32,000 nucleotides of DNA from an uncultured Lentisphaeria bacterium (GCA_951812855.1 OX638337.1:1830001-1862000), one strand, 5' to 3'. Shown: positions 11,101 through 20,550, counted from the stretch's first letter. The notes: generated from the letters alone by a model not told the origin. Numbers and translations are program-made.

Positions 11101-12407
11101 CCTCTTCAGCAGCACTTTGTGATAAGAATGGGTTTGAGCAGGAACGACATCAATTAATTTCAGGTGCTGTTATACTGGAAGCCGAAGGTGCCACAGTTAA
11201 AAAGGGTAAGGTTTTTGTTCGTTGGGACCCCTATAATGTACCGATCATCACAGAATATGGAGGTTCAATAAAATTTGTTGATTTAGTCGAAGGTATAACG
11301 ATGAAAGAAGAAATCAACGAGGCGACTGGAGCTCGAGAAACTACTGTACTGGAACATAGAGAGGATTTATTTCCGCAAGTGTTGATCATGGATGAAAACG
11401 GTGAAATGGCTGGTCACTATAGTATTCCTGCTGGAGCACATATCATGGTCGAAAATAATTCTGAGATTGCCCCGGGAGAAACTATAGCAAGAACACCTAG
11501 ACAAGTTGCTCGAACAAAAGATATTACAGGGGGATTACCCCGAGTTGCCGAATTATTTGAAGCGCGACGGCCGAAGGAAGCAGCAGAGATTGCCAAGATT
11601 GATGGTGCTGTTGAACTCGGAAAGTTGTCAAAAGGGAAACGTTTATTGTTAATTAGGGATACCGACAGTAATATGGTTGAAGAACATTTATTCCCGGCCA
11701 ATAAACATATCGTTGTATTTGATGGTGAATTTGTCAAAAAAGGACAACCTTTAACAGATGGATCAGTTGTGCCTCATGAAATTTTGGAGGTTTGCGGTCC
11801 ACAGGATTTACAGGAATATTTAGTCAATGAAATTCAGGCAGTTTACCGGCTTCAGGGTGTTGATACGAACGATAAACATATTGAACTCATCGTAAGGCAA
11901 ATGTTACAGAAGGTACGGATTACTGAACCGGGTAATACAGAGTTTCTTTATGGAGATCAAGTCGATAAGGAAAAATTTGTTTTGGAAAATAATCATGTTT
12001 TGGCTGAAGGCGGTAAACCCGCTGAAGCACAGCCAATATTATTGGGTATAACCAAAGCCTCACTTGAAACGGATAGTTTCATTTCCGCAGCTTCTTTCCA
12101 GGATACCACAAGAATATTAACTGACTCGGCTACTTTGGGCCGCGTCGATCCGTTGATCGGTTTCAAAGAGAATATCATAATGGGACATTTAATTCCGGGG
12201 GGGTCGGGATACAGTAGGTACCGCAATTTAAAAATAAAAAAGGTTGGAAAAGTTATTCTTCCGGAAATACCAATGGGCAATGTTGGAGAATCTCATGATC
12301 AAAACATATCAGATTCAGAAAATTCAGATTCTCCCGAAGAGGCAGCTTCTGAACAGATTGCTGCTATTGAAGCATTGGGTTTGGGAGATATTAGTGTTAA
12401 CGATTAA
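8178..12407 (+). CDS. rpoC: DNA-directed RNA polymerase beta' subunit
   Basis: GTG start with AAGGAGAG upstream. Zn finger [23 protein letters not shown], catalytic NADFDGD, and bridge helix/trigger loop blocks. A long insertion lies within the trigger loop. Confidence 0.99.
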   Translation: MTSNNSAVREILGLDATDKFSSVSISVASPETIRSWSRGEVKNPETLNYRTFKPEKGGLFCEKIFGPTRDWECNCGKYKRIKHKGIVCDRCGVEVTHSRVRRERMGHIELAVPVSHVWFFKCMPSRIGLLLNMTNRSLERVIYYESWVVISKGDTPFAEKQLLTEDEYRDARETYGDAFRAGMGAEAIRELLTKINLSELREQLTEQMAETKSKADRKKIAKRLRITEGFLLANMKPEWMILIELPVIPPDLRPLVPLEGGRFATSDLNDLYRRVINRNNRLKNLLSLRTPEVIIRNEKRMLQEAVDALFDNGRHGRAVTGAGNRQLKSLSDMLKGKQGRFRQNLLGKRVDYSGRSVIVVGPELKLNQCGLPKKIALTLFEPFIIRKLKEIGLVHTVRSAKKMIERGDPQVWDILDEVIKGHPIMLNRAPTLHRLSIQAFDPILIEGQALRIHPMVCSAYNADFDGDQMAVHVPLSNEAQLETKLLMLAPNNIYYPSSGKPVCSPSQDITLGSYYLSYVKPGEMERTENLKAFNDTDEVLLAYELGHIELNQVILVRNKDFGKQTVWGDSKSRFLKTTSGRCVFNEIWPDELGFFNQIANKSSLGKLVASAYKKLGRLETVDVLDRLKALGYQYATRAGFSIGITDMIIPDEKQEIVDKAHIEIEAVREQYQRGVITEGERYNKFIDIWTQANSRVASVLFRGLERNQNIGEINPVHAMLDSGARGSNDQVRQLAGMRGLMAKPSGEIIERPILSSFREGLTVLEFFISSHGARKGLADTALKTADSGYMTRKLVDVAHDVICIEQDCMTTQGILVSAIREGDEDMLPLIDRIVGRYSVDDIRDPLSRKDELIVGGGEEITEEIADKIIDVGIDRVSIRSVLTCRSEKGICAKCYGRNLATNGPCQEGSAIGIIAAQSIGEPGTQLTMRTFHYGGTASSSFKQPSIKAREGGILKLIDARTVKTAEGHLIILNKTSSAALCDKNGFEQERHQLISGAVILEAEGATVKKGKVFVRWDPYNVPIITEYGGSIKFVDLVEGITMKEEINEATGARETTVLEHREDLFPQVLIMDENGEMAGHYSIPAGAHIMVENNSEIAPGETIARTPRQVARTKDITGGLPRVAELFEARRPKEAAEIAKIDGAVELGKLSKGKRLLLIRDTDSNMVEEHLFPANKHIVVFDGEFVKKGQPLTDGSVVPHEILEVCGPQDLQEYLVNEIQAVYRLQGVDTNDKHIELIVRQMLQKVRITEPGNTEFLYGDQVDKEKFVLENNHVLAEGGKPAEAQPILLGITKASLETDSFISAASFQDTTRILTDSATLGRVDPLIGFKENIIMGHLIPGGSGYSRYRNLKIKKVGKVILPEIPMGNVGESHDQNISDSENSDSPEEAASEQIAAIEALGLGDISVND

Positions 12408-12450
12408 ACAGTTATAAAGCAAGTGATATAGAACTAAAAGGAATATTTTT

Positions 12451-12825
12451 ATGCCTACTATAAATCAATTAGTGAGAAAAGGCCGTAGGAAAAAGAGTAT
12501 CAAAAGCAAATCTCGGGCACTTTCCCGTTGTCCACAACGTCGCGGTGTATGTTTGCAGGTGACAACGCGAACACCCAAAAAGCCGAATTCAGCACTAAGA
12601 AAAGTTGCCCGTGTTCGATTAAGTAATGGCCAGGAAGTTACTGCTTATATTGGAGGAGAGGGACATAATCTTCAGGAGCACTCCATTGTTTTAATACGGG
12701 GTGGGCGGGTACCAGATTTACCAGGTGTTCGCTACCATGTTGTCCGTGGGGCCCTGGATAGTTTAGGTGTCGATAAACGACAGCAGGGTCGATCAAAATA
12801 TGGGGCGAAGTTTCCTAAAAAATAA
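12451..12825 (+). CDS. rpsL: 30S ribosomal protein S12
   Basis: [12 protein letters not shown]...[19 protein letters not shown]...[12 protein letters not shown] is canonical S12. Confidence 0.98.
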   Translation: MPTINQLVRKGRRKKSIKSKSRALSRCPQRRGVCLQVTTRTPKKPNSALRKVARVRLSNGQEVTAYIGGEGHNLQEHSIVLIRGGRVPDLPGVRYHVVRGALDSLGVDKRQQGRSKYGAKFPKK

Positions 12826-12862
12826 TTAAATTGTTTAATACGCACATAGTAATGGAATCAAT

Positions 12863-13333
12863 ATGAGAAGAAGAAAAGCAGAGGTTCGTCGATTAACACC
12901 TGATGTGAAATATAATAGTGAGTTAGTTGCACGGTTGATCAATATCATTTTGACAAAAGGTAAAAAATCCAAGGCCCAGGGAATTGTTTATACTGCAATG
13001 GATATTATTGCAGAGAAGGAAAAAGGCCGGGAGGCTTTAGAGATTTTTATGCAGGGATTAGATAATGTTAAGCCATTGATTGAATTGAAAAGCAGGAGGG
13101 TTGGTGGTGCAAACTATCAAATCCCTGTCGAGCTTGATCGAACTAGACAGGTTGGTATTGGGTTGAGATGGATTGTAACATTTGCCAGAGGTCGAAAAGG
13201 CAAACCGATGGCGGAGGCATTAGCTGCTGAACTGTTAGATGCATATAATAACACCGGTGCTGCCGTCAAGAAGAGAGATGATACTCATAAAATGGCACAG
13301 GCAAATAGAGCTTTTGCTCATTACAGATGGTAA
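12863..13333 (+). CDS. rpsG: 30S ribosomal protein S7
   Basis: S7 pattern (KGKKS.A..I.Y.A....; RRVGGANYQIPVE; ending AFAHYRW). Confidence 0.97.
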   Translation: MRRRKAEVRRLTPDVKYNSELVARLINIILTKGKKSKAQGIVYTAMDIIAEKEKGREALEIFMQGLDNVKPLIELKSRRVGGANYQIPVELDRTRQVGIGLRWIVTFARGRKGKPMAEALAAELLDAYNNTGAAVKKRDDTHKMAQANRAFAHYRW

Positions 13334-13371
13334 GTGACTATAAAATATAAATTTAATGACTTGATTTTTTT

Positions 13372-15537
13372 ATGAATTTAGAAGTAATAGAATCGGACAC
13401 AATAATAAAAGGACTCTTTAATTCCGAGAGAAAAATGAGTGAGGAAATTCAACCCCCGGAAAAGGAAAAACAGGCTTTAAAGCCAGTTATGAGTCAGGTT
13501 CGAAACATTGGCATCATGGCTCATATAGACGCGGGTAAAACAACAATTTCTGAGCGCATACTTTTTTACACGGGCGTTAATTATAAGGTTGGAGAAGTCC
13601 ACCGTGGTAATGCGACTATGGATTGGATGGTTCAGGAACAGGAACGCGGCATAACCATAACCAGTGCGGCGACTTCATGTTCCTGGAATAAATTTAAAAT
13701 TAATTTGATTGATACACCGGGTCATGTTGATTTTACTGCAGAAGTTGAACGATCTTTACGGGTTCTTGATGGTGCTGTTGCTGTTTTTTGTAGTGTTGGT
13801 GGTGTACAACCCCAATCTGAAACTGTTTGGCGACAGGCACAAAAATATCGAGTTCCTATTATTGCATTTGTAAATAAAATGGATCGTGTTGGTGCTGATT
13901 TTGATCATGTTGTTGATGAAATTAAAAGTAAGTTAGGTGCTGCAGCAATTCCAATTCAGATACCGATTGGCTCAGAGGAAGATTTTGCAGGAGTTATCGA
14001 TGTTATTAAAAATAAGGCTTATTATTTTGAAGGTGAACATGGTATTGATGTCGTTGAAGACGAAGTCCCTGTTGAATTTCTGGACGTAACACAATCAGCC
14101 TATAATTATATCATCGAATGTGTTGCAGAGAGCGATGAAAAAATTATGGAATACTATTTAATGAACGACAAGCCGTCAATTGGGACATTGACAAATGCTC
14201 TGAGACGATGTGTTATTTCTGGAAGTGTCGTGCCGGTATTATGTGGATCCGCATTTAAAAACAAAGGTGTTCAAAATCTGCTTGATTCCGTTACTGATTT
14301 TCTTCCATCACCGATTGATATTAAGGAAATTCAGGGTTGGGACGTAAAATCAGGAAAAAAAATTACGAGAACAAATGGTGAAGGTCAGCCGTTTAGTGCA
14401 CTGGCGTTTAAAGTGATGACTGACCCATATGTCGGGAAATTAATATTTTTCAGAGTTTACTCAGGATTTTTGAAGACTGGAATGAAAATCTTTAATCCAC
14501 GGACAAGGAAAACCGAGAGAATCGGCCGTATTCTGAAAATGCATGCTAATTCCCGTGAAGAAATCCAATGTGTACAAAGTGGTGATATTGCCGCCACAGT
14601 TGCATTAAAAAATATCACCACTGGTGATACCCTTTGTGATATTAATAAGCAGATCATTCTTGAGTCAATGAATTTTCCTGATCCAGTTGTGTCAATGGCT
14701 ATTGAACCAAAGACTGTTGCTGAAAGAGATAAATTATATACAGCGTTGCATAATTTGTCGGATGAAGATCCCACGTTCCAAACTCGGGTTGATACTGAAA
14801 CCGGGCAAACGATTATTTCTGGAATGGGGGAATTACATTTAGAGATTTTGCGTGATAGACTTTTTCGCGAATTTAAGGTATCAGCTAATTGTGGTGCTCC
14901 AGAAGTTGCATATCGTGAAACAATTACAAAAGTTTCAGAAGCTGATGGGAAATTTGTAAGACAGACTGGAGGAAAAGGGCAGTACGGTCATGTAATCATT
15001 AGAATTAGTCCCAAAGGCAGAGGTGAAGGACTTACAATTGAGAATCTTGTAAAGGGTGGAAACATACCTGGGGAATTTATTAAACCGGTTGAAAACGGGT
15101 TAAAAGAAGCCGCTATGACTGGAGTGTTGGCAGGTTACCCGGTGATTGATTTGCACATAGATATTTTAGATGGTTCCTATCATGCAGTTGATTCTTCTGA
15201 AATTGCATTTAGGTTAGCTGCTTCAATTGCTTTTAAAGAAGCTGTTACAAAAGCTGGTTTAGTGTTGTTAGAACCAATTATGAAGCTGGAAATACATTCA
15301 CCTGAAGATAATATGGGTGATGTGATTGGAGATGTATCAAGCCGACGTGGTTATATAATTGAGGTAGAAACCGTGTCCAATTTTGCAGCAATACGGGCGA
15401 ATATTCCCCTGTCTGAATTGTTTGGATATACAACAGCATTGAGATCATTAACCAGGGGGCGGGCCTCAAATTCGATGGAGCCGTCTCATTTTGAATTGGT
15501 ACCTGAAGCAATAAGAAAGAAAATATTAGAATCATAA
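13372..15537 (+). CDS. fusA: Elongation factor G
   Basis: G domain motifs are present: [28 protein letters not shown]. Domains II-V are present. The start is uncertain: ATG at 13372, 13435 or 13489, leaving 43, 22 or 4 residues before the RNIGI block. Confidence 0.96.
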   Translation: MNLEVIESDTIIKGLFNSERKMSEEIQPPEKEKQALKPVMSQVRNIGIMAHIDAGKTTISERILFYTGVNYKVGEVHRGNATMDWMVQEQERGITITSAATSCSWNKFKINLIDTPGHVDFTAEVERSLRVLDGAVAVFCSVGGVQPQSETVWRQAQKYRVPIIAFVNKMDRVGADFDHVVDEIKSKLGAAAIPIQIPIGSEEDFAGVIDVIKNKAYYFEGEHGIDVVEDEVPVEFLDVTQSAYNYIIECVAESDEKIMEYYLMNDKPSIGTLTNALRRCVISGSVVPVLCGSAFKNKGVQNLLDSVTDFLPSPIDIKEIQGWDVKSGKKITRTNGEGQPFSALAFKVMTDPYVGKLIFFRVYSGFLKTGMKIFNPRTRKTERIGRILKMHANSREEIQCVQSGDIAATVALKNITTGDTLCDINKQIILESMNFPDPVVSMAIEPKTVAERDKLYTALHNLSDEDPTFQTRVDTETGQTIISGMGELHLEILRDRLFREFKVSANCGAPEVAYRETITKVSEADGKFVRQTGGKGQYGHVIIRISPKGRGEGLTIENLVKGGNIPGEFIKPVENGLKEAAMTGVLAGYPVIDLHIDILDGSYHAVDSSEIAFRLAASIAFKEAVTKAGLVLLEPIMKLEIHSPEDNMGDVIGDVSSRRGYIIEVETVSNFAAIRANIPLSELFGYTTALRSLTRGRASNSMEPSHFELVPEAIRKKILES

Positions 15538-15552
15538 TAAGCAAGGAAATAT

Positions 15553-15861
15553 ATGGAAAAGCAGATCATACGGATTAGGCTTCAAGCTTATGATCACCGT
15601 GTTATTGATAAATCAGCAGCTGAGATAGTGAATACGGCCAGACAAACTGGTGCCAGAGTCGCCGGTCCTATTCCTTTACCTACAAAATTCGAGCGTTTTT
15701 CAGTGAACCGTTCACCGTTTGTAGATAAAAAATCAATGGAGCAATTTGAAATCCGTACTCATAAGAGATTATTGGATATAATAAATCCCACTGCCAAAAC
15801 AGTTGATGATTTAAAAAAGTTAAATTTGCCTGCTGGTGTTGATATCAGTATTAAGATTTAA
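15553..15861 (+). CDS. rpsJ: 30S ribosomal protein S10
   Basis: [39 protein letters not shown] is canonical S10. Confidence 0.97.
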   Translation: MEKQIIRIRLQAYDHRVIDKSAAEIVNTARQTGARVAGPIPLPTKFERFSVNRSPFVDKKSMEQFEIRTHKRLLDIINPTAKTVDDLKKLNLPAGVDISIKI

Positions 15862-15919
15862 ATTGAAATACTCTGAAAATTAATCTGAACAATTAACAAG
15901 GAATAGTACAGAGATTGTT

Positions 15920-16561
15920 ATGAAAGGTTTACTCGGAAAAAAAATCGGGATGACTCAGTATTATGATGAGGATGGTAGTGTTGTGCCTGTAACAGTCGTT
16001 GAAGCAGGTCCTTGTCAAGTCCTTACAGTCAGAACAAAACAGAGAGATGGTTACTCTGCTTTACAGTTGGGATTTGGGAGCAAGAATCCCGGGAATGTAT
16101 CCAAAGCAGTGAGAACGCATGTTTCTAATGCTGGATGCAAAGATTCTGTCCCGGCTCAAATTAATGAAATTCGACTCACTGATGATTCTGATAAAAATGT
16201 GGGAGATGTAATTACAACAGAAATATTCAAATCAGATGATTATGTTGATGTAATTGGCGTGACGAAGGGGCGTGGTTTTCAAGGAGTAGTAAAGCGCTAT
16301 AATTTTGCCGGTGGTAGAGAAAGTCATGGTGGTGATTGGTCACGGCGTGGTGGATCAATTGGCATGTGTGTAAATCCGGGACGAGTTTATCCAGGAAGAA
16401 AAATGCCCGGACATATGGGTAATGTGAGACGAACTACGCAAAACTTACGAATTGTTAAAGTCATTACAGATGATAATATTCTATTGATTAAAGGTAGTAT
16501 TCCCGGACCCAATGGTGGATCTGTTATTGTTAGGGAAGCAAAAAAAATGAAGAGTGGCTAA
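15920..16561 (+). CDS. rplC: 50S ribosomal protein L3
   Basis: GLLGKKIGMTQ...VTVVEAGPC and GKGFQG-like TKGRGFQGVVKRYNF match L3. Confidence 0.97.
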   Translation: MKGLLGKKIGMTQYYDEDGSVVPVTVVEAGPCQVLTVRTKQRDGYSALQLGFGSKNPGNVSKAVRTHVSNAGCKDSVPAQINEIRLTDDSDKNVGDVITTEIFKSDDYVDVIGVTKGRGFQGVVKRYNFAGGRESHGGDWSRRGGSIGMCVNPGRVYPGRKMPGHMGNVRRTTQNLRIVKVITDDNILLIKGSIPGPNGGSVIVREAKKMKSG

Positions 16562-16596
16562 AATAAATTTTAGAAGATGATTCGAGGATTTGATAC

Positions 16597-17253
16597 GTGA
16601 ATAAAAAAGTTAAAAATAAAGATGTATTCGATGAATTAGAAGTTTTAACTTCTTCCGGAAGTAAAGCTGGGAAAGTGAAAATTGATCCGGCTTGTCTTGA
16701 ATTCAAAAATGGAAATCAGGCGGTCATTGATACAGTTGTTGCATATAGAGCAGGATTGCGAAGCGGTACGGCTTCAACTAAAAATCGGTCAGATGTTAGA
16801 GGTGGTGGTGCAAAACCGTGGCGTCAGAAAGGCACAGGCAGAGCCAGAGCGGGAAGTAATTGTAGCCCAATATGGCGGGGTGGCGGAATTATTTTCGGTC
16901 CAATGCCTCGTGATTTTAGTAAAAAAATTAATAAAAAAGTCAAAAAGCTCGCTTTGAAACGAGCGTTTACATCCAAGCTTGAAGAAGGAAATGTAACTAT
17001 TTTGGATGAAATTAAATTTGATAAGCCTAAAACCAAAAATGCAGTGGCATTAATAAAAAATATAAATGTAACTTCAAATGCATTGATAGCTACAGACAAT
17101 TACGGCGATAAAAATGTTATGCTCAGTTTTAAAAATTTACCGAATGTTCTGCTTGTAAAACCAGATGCAGTAAATGTTTATAATCTCTTGCTCTTCGATA
17201 AGATCGTCATTACTAAGAGTGCACTTGAATCGCTTTCTGCCAAATTAAATTAA
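16597..17253 (+). CDS. rplD: 50S ribosomal protein L4
   Basis: GTG start with GAGGA 9 nt upstream. Contains the L4 block GGGAKPWRQKGTGRARAGS..SP.WRGGG..FGP. Confidence 0.95.
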   Translation: MNKKVKNKDVFDELEVLTSSGSKAGKVKIDPACLEFKNGNQAVIDTVVAYRAGLRSGTASTKNRSDVRGGGAKPWRQKGTGRARAGSNCSPIWRGGGIIFGPMPRDFSKKINKKVKKLALKRAFTSKLEEGNVTILDEIKFDKPKTKNAVALIKNINVTSNALIATDNYGDKNVMLSFKNLPNVLLVKPDAVNVYNLLLFDKIVITKSALESLSAKLN

Positions 17254-17305
17254 CTATAAAGAATACGTTTTAAAATCAAATCTTGAATTTGAGAATTTTA
17301 AATTT

Positions 17306-17587
17306 ATGAATGATATCTATAAAATAATTAAAACAGTATCAGTTACTGAAAAAAGTAATTTATTAATGGAAGACAATAAATACACTTTCAGTGTTGATAA
17401 TAATGCTAAAAAACATGATATAAAGCGTGCAGTACAAGAATTGTTTGAACGTAAGGTGAAAAACGTCAATGTCATGAATTATGCAGGAAAAACTAAACGG
17501 AATAAATTTGGATTAGGTAAAAAAGCTGACTGGAAAAAGGCTGTAATTACCTTAGAAGATGGTGAAGAGGCTATCGATTTATTCTAA
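17306..17587 (+). CDS. rplW: 50S ribosomal protein L23
   Basis: 93 aa. Matches the L23 pattern (ITEKS...YTF.V...A.K..IK.AVE.LF.VKV..VN) and sits between rplD and rplB. Confidence 0.95.
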   Translation: MNDIYKIIKTVSVTEKSNLLMEDNKYTFSVDNNAKKHDIKRAVQELFERKVKNVNVMNYAGKTKRNKFGLGKKADWKKAVITLEDGEEAIDLF

Positions 17588-17612
17588 GTTTATTATTTGA
17601 GGACCTATAATA

Positions 17613-18449
17613 ATGCCAACAAGAAACTATAAACCTACGACTCCTTCAAGAAGAAATATGAAGGTGTCTGATTTTTCTGAAATTACCCGAAACAGGCCGG
17701 AAAAGTCGTTAGTACAAGGAAAGACATCAAGTGGGGGCCGGAATAATCAGGGTAAGATGACTGTCCGGTTTCGAGGAAGTGGAGTTAAAAAATCTTACAG
17801 GATCATTGATTTTAAGCGAAATAAATATGATATACCCGCAAAAGTTGCAACGATAGAATATGATCCGAACAGGAGTGCAAGAATTTCTTTATTGCATTAT
17901 TTAGACGGTGAAAAACGTTATATTTTGACTCCTGCTGAATTGGAAGTTGGAGCAATGGTGTCCAGCAGCATCGATAAGGAAATCGATTTTAAACCTGGTA
18001 ATGCGACTACCTTGGCAAGGATTCCTGTAGGGATGACCATCCATAATATTGAACTTGTTCCAGGAAAGGGAGCCTCTCTGGTTAGATCAGCAGGGCAACA
18101 GGCCATTATCAGAGCTAAAGAAGAAAAGTATGCACAGGTACGGCTTCCCAGTGGAGAAATTCGTTTAATTCACTTAACGTGCATGGCAACAATTGGTCAA
18201 GTTGGCAATGCAGAACATATGAATAAGTCACTGGGTAAAGCTGGAAAAAAACGCTATCTTGGACGTCGACCCCATACACGCGGTGTTGCAATGAATCCGG
18301 TCGATCATCCAATGGGTGGTGGTGAAGGTCGTTCAAGTGGCGGTGGTCATCCAATGTCACCCTGGGGACAACTGTCAAAAGGGTTTAAGACCAGAAAGAA
18401 AAGCAAGCCGTCAAATAAATTTATCATTGAACGGAGAAAGAAAAAGTGA
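17613..18449 (+). CDS. rplB: 50S ribosomal protein L2
   Basis: YKPTTPSRR, the [11 protein letters not shown] block and [17 protein letters not shown] are canonical L2. Confidence 0.98.
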   Translation: MPTRNYKPTTPSRRNMKVSDFSEITRNRPEKSLVQGKTSSGGRNNQGKMTVRFRGSGVKKSYRIIDFKRNKYDIPAKVATIEYDPNRSARISLLHYLDGEKRYILTPAELEVGAMVSSSIDKEIDFKPGNATTLARIPVGMTIHNIELVPGKGASLVRSAGQQAIIRAKEEKYAQVRLPSGEIRLIHLTCMATIGQVGNAEHMNKSLGKAGKKRYLGRRPHTRGVAMNPVDHPMGGGEGRSSGGGHPMSPWGQLSKGFKTRKKSKPSNKFIIERRKKK

Positions 18450-18715
18450 GTAGATCAGTAAAAAAAGGCCCATTTTATGATGAGCATTTGTTCAAAAAAG
18501 TTAGTAAACTTAATGCAAGTGGCGACAAGCGTCTTATAAAGACTTGGTCGAGGCGGTCAATGATTATGCCTGATTTTGTCGGTCATACATTTCAAATTCA
18601 TAATGGTAAGACTTTTATTCAAGTGTTTATTACTGAAAATATGGTAGGGCATCGTCTTGGTGAATTTGCTCCGACTCGTAATTTTCGTGGTCATGGTGCT
18701 ATTTCCGGAAAATAG
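18446..18715 (+). CDS. rpsS: 30S ribosomal protein S19
   Basis: GTG start in a GTGA overlap with the rplB stop. SRSVKKGPF...HNGK.F..V.I...MVGH.LGEF.PTR.F.GH is canonical S19. Confidence 0.96.
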   Translation: MSRSVKKGPFYDEHLFKKVSKLNASGDKRLIKTWSRRSMIMPDFVGHTFQIHNGKTFIQVFITENMVGHRLGEFAPTRNFRGHGAISGK

Positions 18716-18716
18716 T

Positions 18717-18742
18717 AGATATAGACAAAAAAGTCTATATTT
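18717..18742. terminator. AT-rich hairpin between convergent rpsS and the 4-TM gene (possible bidirectional terminator)
   Basis: ATATAGAC (18719-18726) pairs with GTCTATAT (18733-18740), a perfect 8 bp extendable by G:U and A:T. The loop is AAAAAA, with a T-run on the plus side and an A-run on the minus side. It lies 1 nt after the rpsS stop and abuts the stop of the minus-strand gene. Confidence 0.45.
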
Positions 18743-19104
18743 TAAAATGGCTTATGCAATGCAATGAATGCTGCGAAGCTTCCCACGCAAATCACTATCC
18801 ACCACAGTTTCAGACCAACGCCTTCCTGTCGTTTTAATATTGCTGTGATCCCGCCCAAAAATAGCCATATAAACAACTTTAAAATAATCCACATTTGAAG
18901 TTTTAGCTTTAATACGGCTAATAATCCAATACCACTTATTAAAACCAATATCAACGCAAAACCATGGGTTAAACCGGCTATTTTTGATATTCTCGAGTTT
19001 GATTGAATTTTTGCGATATTGACAGCTAATAATCCTCCTATAGATAGAAAGATCATCATAATACCTGTCAAATGAATTATTTTGAATATGGTATATGGCA
19101 TCAT
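18742..19104 (-). CDS. Small integral membrane protein, 4 predicted TM helices (architecture reminiscent of SirB2/YchQ; family call tentative)
   Basis: 120 aa with four hydrophobic segments (IFKIIHLTGIMMIFLSIGGLLAV; IAGLTHGFALILVLISGIGLLAVL; MWIILKLFIWLFLGGITAIL; LKLWWIVICVGSFAAFIALH). His in TM1, His..SG in TM2 and W..KL in TM3 recall SirB2/YchQ-type proteins. Possible own promoter on the minus strand: TTGTCA-N16-TAAAAT within 19130-19175. Confidence 0.7.
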   Translation of the reverse strand: MMPYTIFKIIHLTGIMMIFLSIGGLLAVNIAKIQSNSRISKIAGLTHGFALILVLISGIGLLAVLKLKLQMWIILKLFIWLFLGGITAILKRQEGVGLKLWWIVICVGSFAAFIALHKPF

Positions 19105-19209
19105 AGGCTTATGCGATTTAGTCTTATCACTATCATAATAATAAAACGTACCATGTGTATTTTATAATGATATCCTATCCTGACAATATTGATCGCTAAT
19201 ACAGGAACG

Positions 19210-19814
19210 TTATTTTTCTTTATGGTTTCCAAATATTTCAGCAATTCCCATAATACCTTCAATTGCATGCAGTGTAGGAGCAAATATTTTTTGTAGAATT
19301 TTCTGAAGAGAATTATCAAAAGATATGTCGGCTTCAAGTTCAAGACCTTTATTTGAATCTTTTTTAGTCAATCCAAAAGGATCAAGGAATTGGAGTGGAT
19401 TATTGATTACATAGGCATATAGATTTAAGCCATCTACAAACCCGGCCGGGTCACGCTCCAGGAATCGACCTGGCATGGAACTATAAGTACGATTTCGATA
19501 ATGCCACAGATTTGATTCAGCATCCCGTCGCCGGCCGGTGAATCCGTATGGGCTGCCAATTGACGTTTCAGTAATCAAACTAAAATTTTCATCGAAAAAT
19601 CAGAATAGGTATAGCTTTCTTTGATGTTGCCAATATGCAATCGGTGATTGCAGTTACGTTATAAAAGCGGTTTTTGAGATAGAAGTATCGATTTTCTGAA
19701 GCATTTTCCATCAATAAAACATCATCACTCTATTCGCCGTACACATATGCTCTATCGAAAGAATCATCAACATATTCTTCAATAACCTAACTCCCGTCGT
19801 AAACATATTCTATG
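19210..19814 (-). pseudogene. RHS/YD-repeat protein C-terminal remnant: degraded core region, then an intact core end and a 52-aa C-terminal tip
   Basis: ORF 19210-19578 encodes YGFTGRRRDAESNLWHYRNRTYSSMPGRFLERDPAGFVDGLNLYAYVINNPLQFLDPFGL, the RHS repeat-associated core ending in the DPxGL motif. A 52-aa tail follows (TKKDSNKGLELEADISFDNSLQKILQKIFAPTLHAIEGIMGIAEIFGNHKEK). My hand translation upstream in the minus frame gives FIEYVYDGS*VIEEYVDDSFDRAYVYGE*SDDVLLMENASENRYFYLKNRFYNVTAITD. This is RHS-like, with TAG stops at 19787-19789 and 19730-19732 and a frameshift near 19580-19610 (ESYTYSDF lies in another frame). Confidence 0.8.
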
Positions 19815-20274
19815 AATTGATTTGTTGCGAAGACGTATTTAGTGACTCGCCGGTTTAAGGCGGCGTTAGTTCTATTTTTTACTGATTTTGTTTTGAATTC
19901 CATATTTCTTATCAAAGTCAATTTCAGACCACTCAAGGTACAACAATCTCCTTCTCGCAGACCTGTGTTAACAGCAATTAGAAAAATTGAATAAAGGGAA
20001 GGATTATTTTTTCAGATTCAACATCAATGAGTTCAAGTTGTTTCGGGGTGAAAATTTCTCGATGTACTTCATTTTTGGGTAACTTTTTAATTTTTCTAAA
20101 AGGGCTTACTGTCGATTGGGTATTATCATTACTTAGAACCTTTTTGAATACCTGATTTAGAAAAATGAGAAAATCATTGATGGTATTGTTTGCTGGTTTT
20201 TCCGATAAACCGGCATTATAACTTGAGATATCCTTTTGAGTGCTAACAATTGAAATGTAAATGCTAATCGTTGC
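19815..20274 (-). pseudogene. Tyrosine recombinase (phage-integrase family) N-terminal remnant, frameshifted and 3'-truncated
   Basis: Hand translation of the minus strand gives ...NTINDFLIFLNQVFKKVLSNDNTQSTVSPFRKIKKLPKNEVHREIFTPKQLELIDVESEKIILPFIQFF* (stop at 19978-19980). The homology then continues in other frames: NTGLREG, LYLEWSEIDFDKKYGIQNKISKK*, and MEFKTKSVKNRTNAALNRRVTKYVFATNQ. This matches the SAM-like N-domain and the start of the catalytic domain (TGLR..E...L.W.DID, KTK..R, YVF). There is no usable start codon, and the HxxR/Tyr part is absent. Confidence 0.6.
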
Positions 20275-20334
20275 TCAATTTGGATGTCAGAATTATTGAA
20301 TAAAAGAAAAATCGTGATTATATCACTTGGGGGT

Positions 20335-20385
20335 TATCACTCGTAATGAATAGGTCAGCGGTTCAAAATCCGCTCTTTGGCTCCA
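20335..20385 (+). other. tRNA 3'-half-like fragment (possible integration-site remnant); not a functional tRNA
   Basis: Reading 5' to 3': anticodon-loop-like CTCGTAA (anticodon CGT, Thr) with only 3 of 5 stem pairs; variable AGGTC; T arm AGCGG-TTCAAAAT-CCGCT (8-nt loop, one nt longer than canonical); acceptor 3' strand CTTTGGC; T; CCA. The complementary 5' acceptor strand (GCCAAAG) and a D arm are absent upstream. Confidence 0.45.
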
Positions 20386-20491
20386 GGAGAATTCCTCAGT
20401 TTATTTATAAAAATGGATTGATCAGAATAGCAGTTCGTCATCATGGTTTCATAAATCTGATTTTTACTTATTTATCCCCTTATCATCTTGC

Positions 20492-20550
20492 CAAATTCTG
20501 AAACTCTGATTCATTATTGTTTTAAGTTAAATTGGTTCACTCAGAATTTG
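20492..20550. repeat. 10-bp perfect inverted repeat in the ctaA upstream region
   Basis: CAAATTCTGA (20492-20501) and TCAGAATTTG (20541-20550) are exact reverse complements. Each arm is followed 8-11 nt later by ATTCATTAT (20510-20518 and 20560-20568). Confidence 0.5.

Noticed and set aside
10900-11600. Large insertion in the RpoC trigger-loop region.
   Set aside because: Lineage-specific trigger-loop insertions (SI3-type) are common in Gram-negative-type beta' subunits, and the total length (1409 aa) is ordinary.
19101-19343. 80-aa minus-strand ORF bridging the RHS tip and the 4-TM gene, considered as an immunity gene.
   Set aside because: It overlaps the RHS tip coding region by ~134 nt in another frame. 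Its translation is AT-biased and Lys/Ile/Leu-rich, and it has no ribosome-binding site. It is most likely spurious.
20335-20385. Possible functional tRNA-Thr(CGU).
   Set aside because: There is no 5' acceptor strand or D arm, the anticodon stem has only 3 of 5 pairs, and the T loop has 8 nt. I kept it only as a fragment or att-scar candidate.
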